Shown: in pieces, positions 29,722 to 38,171 of the stretch
Layout of the letters: the number at the start of each line of letters is the position of its first letter
Numbering within the stretch: position 1 is the stretch's first letter
Assembly: GCA_014237925.1 (NCBI GenBank)
Contig: JABACB010000005.1
Span: forward strand, 5,990-69,989
Source: Alphaproteobacteria bacterium
GTDB taxonomy: Bacteria; Pseudomonadota; Alphaproteobacteria; JABAAW01
DNA: 64,000 nt
Direction of reading: 5' to 3'
Position numbers and translations under genes: made by a program
The notes under the pieces: model-generated
Database searches by the model: none
The model's input: the letters and a program-made list of their open reading frames with translations, nothing else
What the model was told of the DNA's origin: nothing

Positions 29722-29838
29722 CTCCTTGAGAATCGCTCTTTTTGCACCGACTCCTTGCTTGCTATCTCCTTGCTTGCTGTCTCCTTGCTTGCTTGCTCCT
29801 TGCTTGCATCCCTCTGCGCCACTACATACAATAGGGGC

Positions 29839-30948
29839 ATGCGCCGCCTCTTTGCCATTCCTTTCTCTATTCCTTTCCTTCTCTCGGTTGCCTCTCTCTG
29901 TGCCGCTTTCCTGACGGCAGTTCTGTTTGCGGGCTGTCAACAGGGCGGCAAAGTTCGCCTTCGCCCCATCTCTGCCGACGAACGCATCGAACGCCACCAA
30001 ATACCGCGCAGCGCGAAGATCCCCTCGGTGAGCGGCATCGTGCCTGGAGATTCTGATATTGCAGGCAGCAACACGACATCCCAAACCGCAACGGCTCCCT
30101 CCGTTGCCACCCAACCCCGCCAGACAACACAAAGTACGACGACGCATCGCGTCCGCAAAGGAGAAACCTTGCTCTCCATCGCGCGACGCTACGGTATCTC
30201 CCACCTGGAGCTCGCGCGCCTCAACGGGATTGCCAATCCCAACCGCCTTGCCGTCGGACAAAAGCTCTCCATCCCCGTCGCGGGAGGGTCGGCTGCAAGC
30301 GAAACGCGACACATCATCAAAAAAGGCGAGACGCTCTACAGCATCGCCAGAAAACACGGCACCTCCGTACAAAGCCTCAAACAGACGAACCGAATCCGAA
30401 ACGCCAACAAGCTCAACATCGGACAGCTTCTCATCGTCCGCGGCGGTACTGCGCAAGCCGGCAGCTCCGTGCGCCTGCAAGCGGCAAGCTCCTCCTCAAG
30501 ACAGACGACCGCCGCGACAAGGACATCGGCCAAACGACAAAAACTGGTTAAAGCCCCTCGCCGCGACCGCAAAGATTTTCTCCGACCGCTGTCTGGGAAG
30601 GTGGTCAGTCGCTTCGGCGAAAAAAGCTTCGGACAGCGCAACAACGGCATCAACATCGCTGCCAAAGCGGGCAGCACGATCAAGGCAGCAGAGAACGGTG
30701 TTGTCGTCTATAGTGGCTCTGCGCTCAAGGGCTTCGGCAATCTGATCTTGGTCAGGCACGCCGACGGATACCTCACCGCCTACGGCTACAACAGCCAAAA
30801 TCTGGTCGAACGCGGCGACCGCGTCAAGCGAGGGCAGACGATCGCAAAGGTCGGAAGCTCGGGCGACGCCCGCAAAACTATGCTGCATTTCGAGCTCAGA
30901 AGGAATTCTCGACCCGTCGATCCGCTGAAACACTTCGCAAAATCCTGA
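29839..30948 (+). CDS. LysM-domain, M23-family peptidase lipoprotein (NlpD-like)
   Basis: A signal peptide with lipobox (LFAGC). Two LysM repeats (HRVRKGETLLSIARRYG..., HIIKKGETLYSIARKHG...). An M23 core (NNGINIAAKAGSTIKAAENGVVVYSG...GNLILVRH). A 15-nt CTCCTTGCTTGC-type repeat lies upstream at 29751-29808. Confidence 0.88.
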   Translation: MRRLFAIPFSIPFLLSVASLCAAFLTAVLFAGCQQGGKVRLRPISADERIERHQIPRSAKIPSVSGIVPGDSDIAGSNTTSQTATAPSVATQPRQTTQSTTTHRVRKGETLLSIARRYGISHLELARLNGIANPNRLAVGQKLSIPVAGGSAASETRHIIKKGETLYSIARKHGTSVQSLKQTNRIRNANKLNIGQLLIVRGGTAQAGSSVRLQAASSSSRQTTAATRTSAKRQKLVKAPRRDRKDFLRPLSGKVVSRFGEKSFGQRNNGINIAAKAGSTIKAAENGVVVYSGSALKGFGNLILVRHADGYLTAYGYNSQNLVERGDRVKRGQTIAKVGSSGDARKTMLHFELRRNSRPVDPLKHFAKS

Positions 30949-30961
30949 GCCAAGCAAGGAC

Positions 30962-31855
30962 TTGACCGAACTCGATTCTTCTCGCCTGCCCCCTTACGCA
31001 GCCGAGTCTGTCCGTCCTGTCGTCGTCAAGGGCGTGAGGGGCAGTGCTACGCGAGAGCTCGTCTTTGCCAACGACCGCCCCCTCGTGTTGCTCGCAGGAC
31101 CTTGCGCCTTGGAGAGCCGTGCGCATGCCATCGAGACGAGCGAGGCGATCGCCGAGATTTGCGCGCCGCGCAAGATAGACTGGATCTACAAAACATCCTT
31201 CGACAAGGCGAACCGAACTTCCCTCTCCTCACAACGCGGACTGGGGATCGAGCGTGCGCTCGAAGTTTTCGCCGCGTTGCGCGAGAAGGGTTTTCTCACC
31301 ATGACCGATGTCCACGAGGCTTGGCATTGCGAGCGCGTAGCGAGTGTCGTCGATGTTTTGCAAATCCCGGCTTTCTTATGCAGGCAGACGGATTTGCTGT
31401 GGGCGGCGGGCGCGACGGGCAAGGTGGTGAATGTGAAGAAGGGGCAGTTCCTGGCGCCTCAGGACATGGCTTATGTGGCAGAGAAGGTCGAGCGTGGTGG
31501 CGCGGGAGGCGTTTTGCTTTGCGAGCGCGGAACAAGCTTCGGTTACAATCGGCTTGTCGTCGACATGACGGGGCTGTGGGAGATGGCGCGCACGGGGCAT
31601 CCTGTCGTCATGGATGCCACGCACGCCGTACAGCGTCCGGGCGGGGGGGAGGGGGTCAGTTCGGGAAATCGCGCCTGTATCGAGTCTCTCGTGCGTGCGG
31701 CGAGCGCGGTCGGGGTGGCGGGGCTGTTTTTGGAGGTTCATGGCGATCCCGACGCAGCGCCCAGCGACGGAAGCAACATGTTGCATATCAAGGACTTGGG
31801 ACGCGTCTTGGATGTTGCGATTGAGCTCGACAAAGTCGCTAAAAAATCTCTTTAG
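30962..31855 (+). CDS. kdsA: 3-deoxy-8-phosphooctulonate (KDO8P) synthase
   Basis: LLAGPCALESR...IYKTSFDKANRTS...VKKGQF...LCERGTSFGY...DATHAVQ. The TTG start at 30962 is uncertain; a GTG about 25 codons downstream is possible. Confidence 0.9.
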   Translation: MTELDSSRLPPYAAESVRPVVVKGVRGSATRELVFANDRPLVLLAGPCALESRAHAIETSEAIAEICAPRKIDWIYKTSFDKANRTSLSSQRGLGIERALEVFAALREKGFLTMTDVHEAWHCERVASVVDVLQIPAFLCRQTDLLWAAGATGKVVNVKKGQFLAPQDMAYVAEKVERGGAGGVLLCERGTSFGYNRLVVDMTGLWEMARTGHPVVMDATHAVQRPGGGEGVSSGNRACIESLVRAASAVGVAGLFLEVHGDPDAAPSDGSNMLHIKDLGRVLDVAIELDKVAKKSL

Positions 31856-31874
31856 CTCGCGTCTTGGCTCAACG

Positions 31875-32771
31875 ATGGAGGAGAGCAGGCACAAAGAGGT
31901 TTGTTGCGAGCGAGTCTATCTCCGCAGACACGCCGCTTCCGAAGCCGACATCGACACAGAGCTGTTTTTCGGCACGCCCGTAGCTCTTCTGAAAAATGAG
32001 AGGGAGAACAAGGGATGGGTTCGCATCCGCTCTTGCCTTGACGGCTACGAAGGCTGGCTGGAGAGGGCGAGCCTTGCTGCTTGGGCAAGCCGTGAGGATC
32101 CAAGCACGAGCTTGTCGATCACCGTCGTTCCTCTTGCGTTGGGATACAGGGAGGCGAGGGACACGGCGGCGGCGACATGGGCTTTCCCGATGGGAAGCCG
32201 TTTGCGTGTCAGCGAGATACGAGAAGCGCAAGAAGCGCAAGGAGAGGTAGAGAAGGCAGGGCGAGAGCAGAGTTTTGTTGCGCTTCGTCTCCAAGCGGGA
32301 AGAAGAGGGGGAGAGGATGCGCGAGTTTTTGTGAAGCGGCATCAGCTTCTTCCTCTTGCGGAGTGTGGCATCGTCAACGGGCGCGACTGGGTTTCGACGG
32401 CGTTGAAATTTTTGAATGTTCCTTATTTGTACGGAGGGGGGTGTTATGCAGGAATGGATTGTTCGGCGTTGTTGCAGGTATCGATGGGGGTTCATGCCAT
32501 TGCGTGTCCTAGGGATTCCGCGCCGCAGGAGCGTGCTTTGGGCGAGGCATTGGATTGGACGGGGCAGGGGGGGAGAAATCCTTTGCCGAGTTTACAAAGG
32601 GGCGACCTTGTTTTTTGGCACAGGCATGTCGGGGTCATGGTCGACGGAGAGACCATGTTGCATGCGAACGCGGGTTCGATGGCGACCTCGAAGGAGTCTG
32701 TGGCAACGGCGCGCGCGCGCATTATGGGCGTGGAGGGAGAGATACGCTGCATCAGGCGGTTACGACAATGA
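31875..32771 (+). CDS. NlpC/P60 (C40) family peptidase with an N-terminal SH3b-like region
   Basis: The catalytic Cys context GMDCSALLQ, and the His motifs GDLVFWHRHVGVMV...HAN. The ATG at 31875 was verified. Confidence 0.85.
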   Translation: MEESRHKEVCCERVYLRRHAASEADIDTELFFGTPVALLKNERENKGWVRIRSCLDGYEGWLERASLAAWASREDPSTSLSITVVPLALGYREARDTAAATWAFPMGSRLRVSEIREAQEAQGEVEKAGREQSFVALRLQAGRRGGEDARVFVKRHQLLPLAECGIVNGRDWVSTALKFLNVPYLYGGGCYAGMDCSALLQVSMGVHAIACPRDSAPQERALGEALDWTGQGGRNPLPSLQRGDLVFWHRHVGVMVDGETMLHANAGSMATSKESVATARARIMGVEGEIRCIRRLRQ

Positions 32772-32841
32772 GAAGAGCTGCCGAGTGAGAAGGGGACAGG
32801 GCATGCGTCGCGCCCCGTCCCTCGTGCGTCGCGCCTATCGT

Positions 32842-34059
32842 TCACCGCGCCCGTTGCTGCCAAAGGCGAAAGACCGCAATCGAGACATTCAATAGCGCAA
32901 GGACAAGCAGGCTGTAGAGCATCGCGATCACTCCCAAGCGCACGATAAGCCCGCCCGCCACAATAGGAAATCCAAAAACACCAGTACAATAGGAAAGACC
33001 AAACAGCAGCAGCGACTGAGGCATCAATCCTTCAGGCGCTTCGTTTGCCGCCAACCCGTTGATGACAGAATAGGTCAAGCCGTAGCCCCCCCCCAACACG
33101 ACCGCCGAAAGCACATACAAGAAAACATCGTCGGTCAAGACGATAAACATCAGAAGCGAAAGCACGATCAAGGAGGTCAGAAAGAAGGAGGAAACGAAAG
33201 GATTGTACGAGACCACATAGCCCGCAAGCAGCAGACGCGAACCGATCGCCGCCAGCATAAATCCTACAAAAAACAGAGCGTAATCAAACCCGAAAGTCTG
33301 AGCGTAGGTCGTCTGAAAGCTGGACAGGCTGCCGAAAATACAGCCCCCCAAGCCAACCATGACGATCGGAAAAACAGCGTTGGAACAGGCAACCTTGCGA
33401 AAAGCCCTTGCCGAAATACGCTTAACCTGAGGAATAACATTGCGACCCTTGCGGAAACGACGATCCGCACAAAAGCACAGTACGCCTCCCGTAACGCTGC
33501 AGACGCCTGCAACAAGAAAAGCACTTTCGATGGGAAGAAGCAAAAAGCTGACAAGCCTCCCTACGAGAGGTCCCGTGCCGATGCCCGCCATCATGCATCC
33601 CGACATGAGTGCCATGAAATGGATCCGTCGCGCGGGCTCGATGACGAAGGCAACGACGATCGGCATCAGAGCGTAGAAAATTCCCCACCCTACGCCGAGC
33701 AGAAAACCGTACAGCAGTAGATCGAATCCGAGATTGCTGCTTAGGAAAAATCCCAGCGTCGAAGAGGTAAGGAAAAGGGCGGCGAGCGCAACCGATTTGC
33801 CCAAGCCCAAGAGATCGGCAAGATGTCCCGAAAAGGTCACACACAAAAGCGTGCTGACCGCCGCCGTCGAGATGATCGCACCGGCGAAAGCCTCGTCGCC
33901 TCCTCTCCCGCCCACCATCAGAGGGATAAGAAAGGTAGCGCCGTAGGCGATCGCCAACAGATAGCCCCCTAAACACAGAAGGACAAAATCGCGGCGCGAG
34001 ACTTCAACAGAACCTTCTCTTGTCTCCTTGGCGGCTGTCTTTTTGCCGAGCCTTGTCAC
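32842..34059 (-). CDS. MFS transporter
   Basis: About 12 predicted TM helices. The probable GTG start at 34059 overlaps the stop of the upstream DUF3179 gene (GTGA). The track ORF start at 34230 is an over-extension. Confidence 0.75.
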   Translation of the reverse strand: MTRLGKKTAAKETREGSVEVSRRDFVLLCLGGYLLAIAYGATFLIPLMVGGRGGDEAFAGAIISTAAVSTLLCVTFSGHLADLLGLGKSVALAALFLTSSTLGFFLSSNLGFDLLLYGFLLGVGWGIFYALMPIVVAFVIEPARRIHFMALMSGCMMAGIGTGPLVGRLVSFLLLPIESAFLVAGVCSVTGGVLCFCADRRFRKGRNVIPQVKRISARAFRKVACSNAVFPIVMVGLGGCIFGSLSSFQTTYAQTFGFDYALFFVGFMLAAIGSRLLLAGYVVSYNPFVSSFFLTSLIVLSLLMFIVLTDDVFLYVLSAVVLGGGYGLTYSVINGLAANEAPEGLMPQSLLLFGLSYCTGVFGFPIVAGGLIVRLGVIAMLYSLLVLALLNVSIAVFRLWQQRAR

Positions 34060-35066
34060 TTCAAGATCACGCTCTTCGGAAAGAAGGCGTGAAACGCAAA
34101 GGCGAAATCGACAAAATACACGACCGCAACCCTCTCGCCGTCCTTCTCCCTCCACGCATAGACCGAGCCTACCTCCTTGCCGCGCTCTATCCGCCCGTGA
34201 TCCAAAGCCGAAGCCTGCCCCTCGCGCCACTCCAAGACGACCTCGCCCCAGCGCACGCTGCCCGTCTGGCGCAACTTCGACAGGGCAATCGCACGCTTCC
34301 TGTTCGCCAAAGAGACGACCCTCGCCAACGCAGGAATGCCCTCAGGCAACGCGCCGCGATAGAGAAAAGGATGCGCCAAAGAATCGTAACGCGCGTAAGG
34401 ATTCTCCCCGTAAGCGCGAGGAAAATCCTTCGGCGGCAGCGCCACCGTGCCACGAGGATGTCTTTTTTGGAACTGCGCCCACGACTCCAGCTGCGAAGGA
34501 AGGACCGTGAGCTTCTTGCCCGTCAGCTTGCCGATGACCGCTTCTCCCAAAAACTGCTGCCACCAACTCTCGGTCTCGCGGTCGTACATGAGCAGGTCGG
34601 AGTTGCGAAGCCGCCCCGTCGTCGAGAAGGAGAGCGCCCGTCCCTCGACGGCAGCGTCGAAAACGATCGCAGAATTGCAAAGAGGGCAGAAGGTCGCAAC
34701 GATCTTCTTGCCGCCCAAAGTGTCGTTGACGATCTCGTGCCAAATCAGAAAACGCAGAGGATAGGTGCGCGATTCTCCGTTCAGCGTCAGAGAAAGAACG
34801 GGCTCGCGCGCGCCGATCGCCAAAACCTCAGGCGCAGAAGAATCCAAAGGCAGAACCCGAGCCGCATCGATGGGCGCGATGGCATCGCGCGGCGGACCGC
34901 CGCTGATCACAGAATCCAACGAAATCGAACGTTTCGCAAAATCGGTCTTGGGAAACTCCTGCCGCCAAGAACGAGGGACAGAATCCGCAAAAGAATCGGC
35001 AACAAAACAGATCGGCGCAAAAACCACAGCGCACAACAGAAAGAAGCAAGAACAATAGCGCGACAT
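34056..35066 (-). CDS. DUF3179 domain-containing exported protein
   Basis: Signal peptide MSRYCSCFFLLCAVVFAPICFVA. The conserved DUF3179 core is ISGGPPRDAIAPID...YPLRFLIWHEIVND...ATFCPLCNSAIVF...TGRLRNSDLLMYDRETESWWQQ. The ATG at 35066 was verified. Confidence 0.8.
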   Translation of the reverse strand: MSRYCSCFFLLCAVVFAPICFVADSFADSVPRSWRQEFPKTDFAKRSISLDSVISGGPPRDAIAPIDAARVLPLDSSAPEVLAIGAREPVLSLTLNGESRTYPLRFLIWHEIVNDTLGGKKIVATFCPLCNSAIVFDAAVEGRALSFSTTGRLRNSDLLMYDRETESWWQQFLGEAVIGKLTGKKLTVLPSQLESWAQFQKRHPRGTVALPPKDFPRAYGENPYARYDSLAHPFLYRGALPEGIPALARVVSLANRKRAIALSKLRQTGSVRWGEVVLEWREGQASALDHGRIERGKEVGSVYAWREKDGERVAVVYFVDFAFAFHAFFPKSVILK

Positions 35067-35306
35067 CGAAAACAAGCAGCGAAAATGAGGAACGAAAATA
35101 GGCAACGAAGATAGGCAACACAAAAGACAAGCAACAAAAGACAAGCAACAAAAACCAACAAGAACGCAAGATAGCATCTTTCCTTGTCCGCACACAAGGA
35201 CGCGGCGGCACGAAGATCAGAACTCGAAGACCAGGACAGAAGACCAGAAGCCACCGAGCGAAGGGATGTGGCAAGCTCCACCTCGCTCTGCTATGGTGAG
35301 AACCTC

Positions 35307-36743
35307 ATGTCTGCCATCGTCCACCTCCGCGCCCGCGAAATCCTCGACAGCCGCGCGACGCCCACCCTTGAGGTTTCCCTGACGCTCGAAGACGGCACGG
35401 AAGCCCGCGCCTCCGTCCCCTCAGGTGCCTCCAAAGGAAAGTGGGAGGCATTCGAACTCAGAGACGGAGATCCAACACGATACGCAGGACAAGGCGTGCT
35501 CAAAAGCGTTGCCCTGGTCGAAGGGGAGATCGCATCCCTGGTCGCAGGTATGGAAGCCTCGGAACAGGCACAACTCGACGCAGCCCTGTGCGCGCTCGAC
35601 CGCGCATACCCTGAGGGCAGCGAAACATCTCAGCAGGAAGGTTGTCTGAAAAGCTACTTGGGCGCACAAGCCTGTCTCGCCGTCTCGCTCGCTTGCGCAC
35701 GCGCAGCCGCCGTCTCGCTCGGCATTCCGCTCTATCGCCACCTCGGAGGCGTCGAGGCGCGCACATTGCCCGTGCCGATGATGAACATCCTCAACGGCGG
35801 CGCGCACGCCAACAACACGCTTGCCGTGCAGGAATTCATGCTCGTCCCCTCAGGCGCATCCGACTTCCCCGATGCCTTGCGCATGGGAACGGAATGCTAC
35901 GCAGCACTCAAGTCGTTGTTAGAAGCACAAGGGCTCTCCACCAGCTTGGGCGACGAAGGGGGGTTCGCTCCGTCCTTGAAGAGCACGCAGGCAGCACTCG
36001 ATCTCATGATGCAAGCCATCGACAAAGCAGGGTTCAAGGCGGGAGCGGATGCAACGCTCGCGCTCGATTGCGCTGCCAGCTCCTACTTTGAAGGACACAA
36101 CGAGAAGCACGAGAACAAGCACGAGAACAAGCAGCGTTATGCGCTAGACGGCGTTGTTCACGATGGCGAATCCTACCTCGCCTTGTTGAAGTCTTGGATT
36201 AAGAACTATCCGATCGTCTCCCTGGAAGATCCTTTCGCCGAAGAAGACTGGCAAGGCTGGAGCAACGCGACAGAGGCGCTGGGCGACAAGGTACAGCTTG
36301 TAGGCGACGATCTCTTTGTCTCGCAGGAAGAGCGGTTGCGACAGGGATTGGCGTCAGGTGCGGGAAACGCCCTTCTTCTCAAGCCGAACCAAGTCGGCAC
36401 GCTCAGCGAAGCCATGTCTTGCGGTAGGCTCGCGCTGTACAGCGGATGGGGCTGTGTCGTCTCGCATCGTTCGGGCGATACGGAGGATTCGTTCATCGCA
36501 GACCTGGCGACAGGCTTGAACTGCGGGCAGATCAAGACGGGTGCGCCTGCGCGCTCGGAGCGGGTCGCCAAGTACAATCGTCTACTGCGCATCCACGAGG
36601 AGCTGGGGAGCGAGGCGCGCTACAAGTGGAGCGGAGCGCAGAGCGGGGCGCAGAGAGGAGGACAGAGCGGGGCGCAGAGCGGGGGTGCTTCTACAGGCGT
36701 TCTTGCTGGCAGAGGAGGGTTGCGGACTTGTGACAAAGTTTGA
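35307..36743 (+). CDS. eno: Enolase, with internal HENK repeats and a ~40-aa Gly/Ser/Ala/Gln-rich C-terminal extension
   Basis: ILDSRATPTLEV...SVPSGASKG...LGDEGGFAP...SHRSGDTED...IKTGAPARSERVAKYN. The ATG at 35307 was verified. Confidence 0.95.
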   Translation: MSAIVHLRAREILDSRATPTLEVSLTLEDGTEARASVPSGASKGKWEAFELRDGDPTRYAGQGVLKSVALVEGEIASLVAGMEASEQAQLDAALCALDRAYPEGSETSQQEGCLKSYLGAQACLAVSLACARAAAVSLGIPLYRHLGGVEARTLPVPMMNILNGGAHANNTLAVQEFMLVPSGASDFPDALRMGTECYAALKSLLEAQGLSTSLGDEGGFAPSLKSTQAALDLMMQAIDKAGFKAGADATLALDCAASSYFEGHNEKHENKHENKQRYALDGVVHDGESYLALLKSWIKNYPIVSLEDPFAEEDWQGWSNATEALGDKVQLVGDDLFVSQEERLRQGLASGAGNALLLKPNQVGTLSEAMSCGRLALYSGWGCVVSHRSGDTEDSFIADLATGLNCGQIKTGAPARSERVAKYNRLLRIHEELGSEARYKWSGAQSGAQRGGQSGAQSGGASTGVLAGRGGLRTCDKV

Positions 36744-37242
36744 CATCGTTTGCGGCGACATCACGACCTTGCGGGTAACAGCACTGGTGAATGCTGCGAA
36801 CGAGCGTCTTTGCGGCGGCGGCGGCGTGGACGGCGCCATTCATCGTGCGGCAGGACCGGATCTTCTGCGCGAGTGCGAGAACTTGGATGTCTGTCCGACC
36901 GGACAGGCGCGGCTGACGGGGGGCTATCGTTTGTTTGCCGATTATGTGATTCACACGGTCGGTCCCGTGTGGCGCGGCGGCGGAGAGGGGGAGGCGGCGT
37001 TGCTGGGAAGTTGCTATGCCAATGTTCTGTCGCTCGCTGCCAAAAGCGGCATTCGAGACTTGGCTTTCCCGGCGATTTCGACGGGGGTCTACGGGTTTCC
37101 CAAGGACAGGGCGACGCGCATTGCTATTGGCATGTGCAAGCTGTTGGCAGCTCCCGATTCGCCGTTCGATACCTTGGTCTTCTGTCTGTACGACGAGGAG
37201 TCGGCGTCTCTGTACAAGGATTGTTTGGCGGATGTTTTGTAG
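36730..37242 (+). CDS. Macro-domain protein (O-acetyl-ADP-ribose deacetylase, YmdB-like)
   Basis: CGDITTLRVTALVNAANERLCGGGGVDGAIHRAAG...AFPAISTGVYGFP. The GTG start at 36730 overlaps the eno 3' end by 14 nt. Confidence 0.85.
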   Translation: MTKFDIVCGDITTLRVTALVNAANERLCGGGGVDGAIHRAAGPDLLRECENLDVCPTGQARLTGGYRLFADYVIHTVGPVWRGGGEGEAALLGSCYANVLSLAAKSGIRDLAFPAISTGVYGFPKDRATRIAIGMCKLLAAPDSPFDTLVFCLYDEESASLYKDCLADVL

Positions 37243-37315
37243 GCGGGTGTAGCTCAGTTGGTAGAGCGTAAGCTTCCCATGCTTAAGGTCGCGGGTTCGA
37301 TCCCCGTCGCCCGCT
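37243..37315 (+). tRNA. tRNA-Gly (anticodon CCC)
   Basis: Hand-folded cloverleaf. Acceptor GCGGGTG/CGCCCGC. D arm GCTC-AGTTGGTA-GAGC. Anticodon arm TAAGC-TTCCCAT-GCTTA. T arm GCGGG-TTCGATC-CCCGT. Discriminator T. CCA is not encoded. Confidence 0.9.
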
Positions 37316-37978
37316 TTCACACGAAAAGAAAGGACAGGTTTCTTCTAGCCTTTGCTCCAGTTCTTCACGCGATACTTCAACTCCCTCCCTCTCCATCGAG
37401 GTCACAACATCTTCGCTACCTAGCCCGCCGCTGCCTAGCCCGCAAGCGACGATGCCTCGGTAGAGCGAAAGGTCGACCGCCCGATTGATGGCGACCCCGT
37501 GCGTTGCGATGCCGCGCGAGACACGAAACCCCATGGCGGCGATCTTTTTCGACCCGACCCACACGCCGATCGCTTCTCGGTCGGCTTGCGCCTCGATCCC
37601 CCAAGTGGCGAGCGCTTTGCAGACCCACGCTCCGACCTGTTCGACGAAGGCGCGGATGTGCAGGTCGCGTTTGCGCAAGTCGAGCGCAAAATAGACGATG
37701 CATTGCCCTGGCGCATGGCAGGTCGTCTGTCCGCCGCGCGAAGTGTGAACGACGGGTAGTCTGTTGGCGGGAAGGATGTCGCTCGGCTTCGACGACCTGC
37801 CCAGCGAGACGAGGGGAGGGTGTTCCAACAACCAAACGAGCTCGGCTCGCTCGCTGTCGTTGCAAGCGAGCTGTTGGGCTCTCAGCAGCAAATCTCGCGC
37901 GGCTTCGCGGTAGTCCGTGAGAAGCTTGGAGACCTTCCACTCGACAGGTAATGTTGCGCGTTTCGTCATCGCCTCCAT
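37283..37978 (-). CDS. lipB: Octanoyltransferase (lipoyl(octanoyl) transferase)
   Basis: LLEHPPLVSLGRSS...SRGGQTTCHAPGQ...KIAAMGFRVSRGIATHGVAINR. The ORF only terminates 33 nt inside the antisense of tRNA-Gly. Confidence 0.88.
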   Translation of the reverse strand: MEAMTKRATLPVEWKVSKLLTDYREAARDLLLRAQQLACNDSERAELVWLLEHPPLVSLGRSSKPSDILPANRLPVVHTSRGGQTTCHAPGQCIVYFALDLRKRDLHIRAFVEQVGAWVCKALATWGIEAQADREAIGVWVGSKKIAAMGFRVSRGIATHGVAINRAVDLSLYRGIVACGLGSGGLGSEDVVTSMEREGVEVSREELEQRLEETCPFFSCESGRRGSNPRP

Positions 37979-37995
37979 TATAGATGCTCTCGTTG

Positions 37996-38024
37996 TTGCA
38001 GATACAAGAGCCTTCTGCTAGAAT
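37996..38024 (+). promoter_or_regulatory. Sigma-70-like promoter for tRNA-Leu
   Basis: TTGCAG (37996-38001), a 17-nt spacer, then TAGAAT (38019-38024). The mature tRNA 5' end lies 9 nt downstream. Confidence 0.5.
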
Positions 38025-38033
38025 CGTACGAAC

Positions 38034-38117
38034 GCGGTCGTGGCGGAACAGGTAGACGCGCAGCGTTGAGGTCGCTGTGGGGGCAACCCCGTGGAAGTTC
38101 GAGTCTTCTCGACCGCA
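38034..38117 (+). tRNA. tRNA-Leu (anticodon GAG)
   Basis: Hand-folded type II tRNA. Acceptor GCGGTCG/CGACCGC. GGCGGAACAGGTAGACGC D region. Anticodon arm CAGCG-TTGAGGT-CGCTG. Long variable arm GGGGGCAACCCC. T arm GGAAG-TTCGAGT-CTTCT. Discriminator A. It is hidden inside the 5' over-extension of the maeB track ORF. Confidence 0.9.
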
Positions 38118-38171
38118 TGCCACTCGGAAGTGGGCTTCCGCCTTATCCCCTCCCACCCTGAGAGACAGCTC

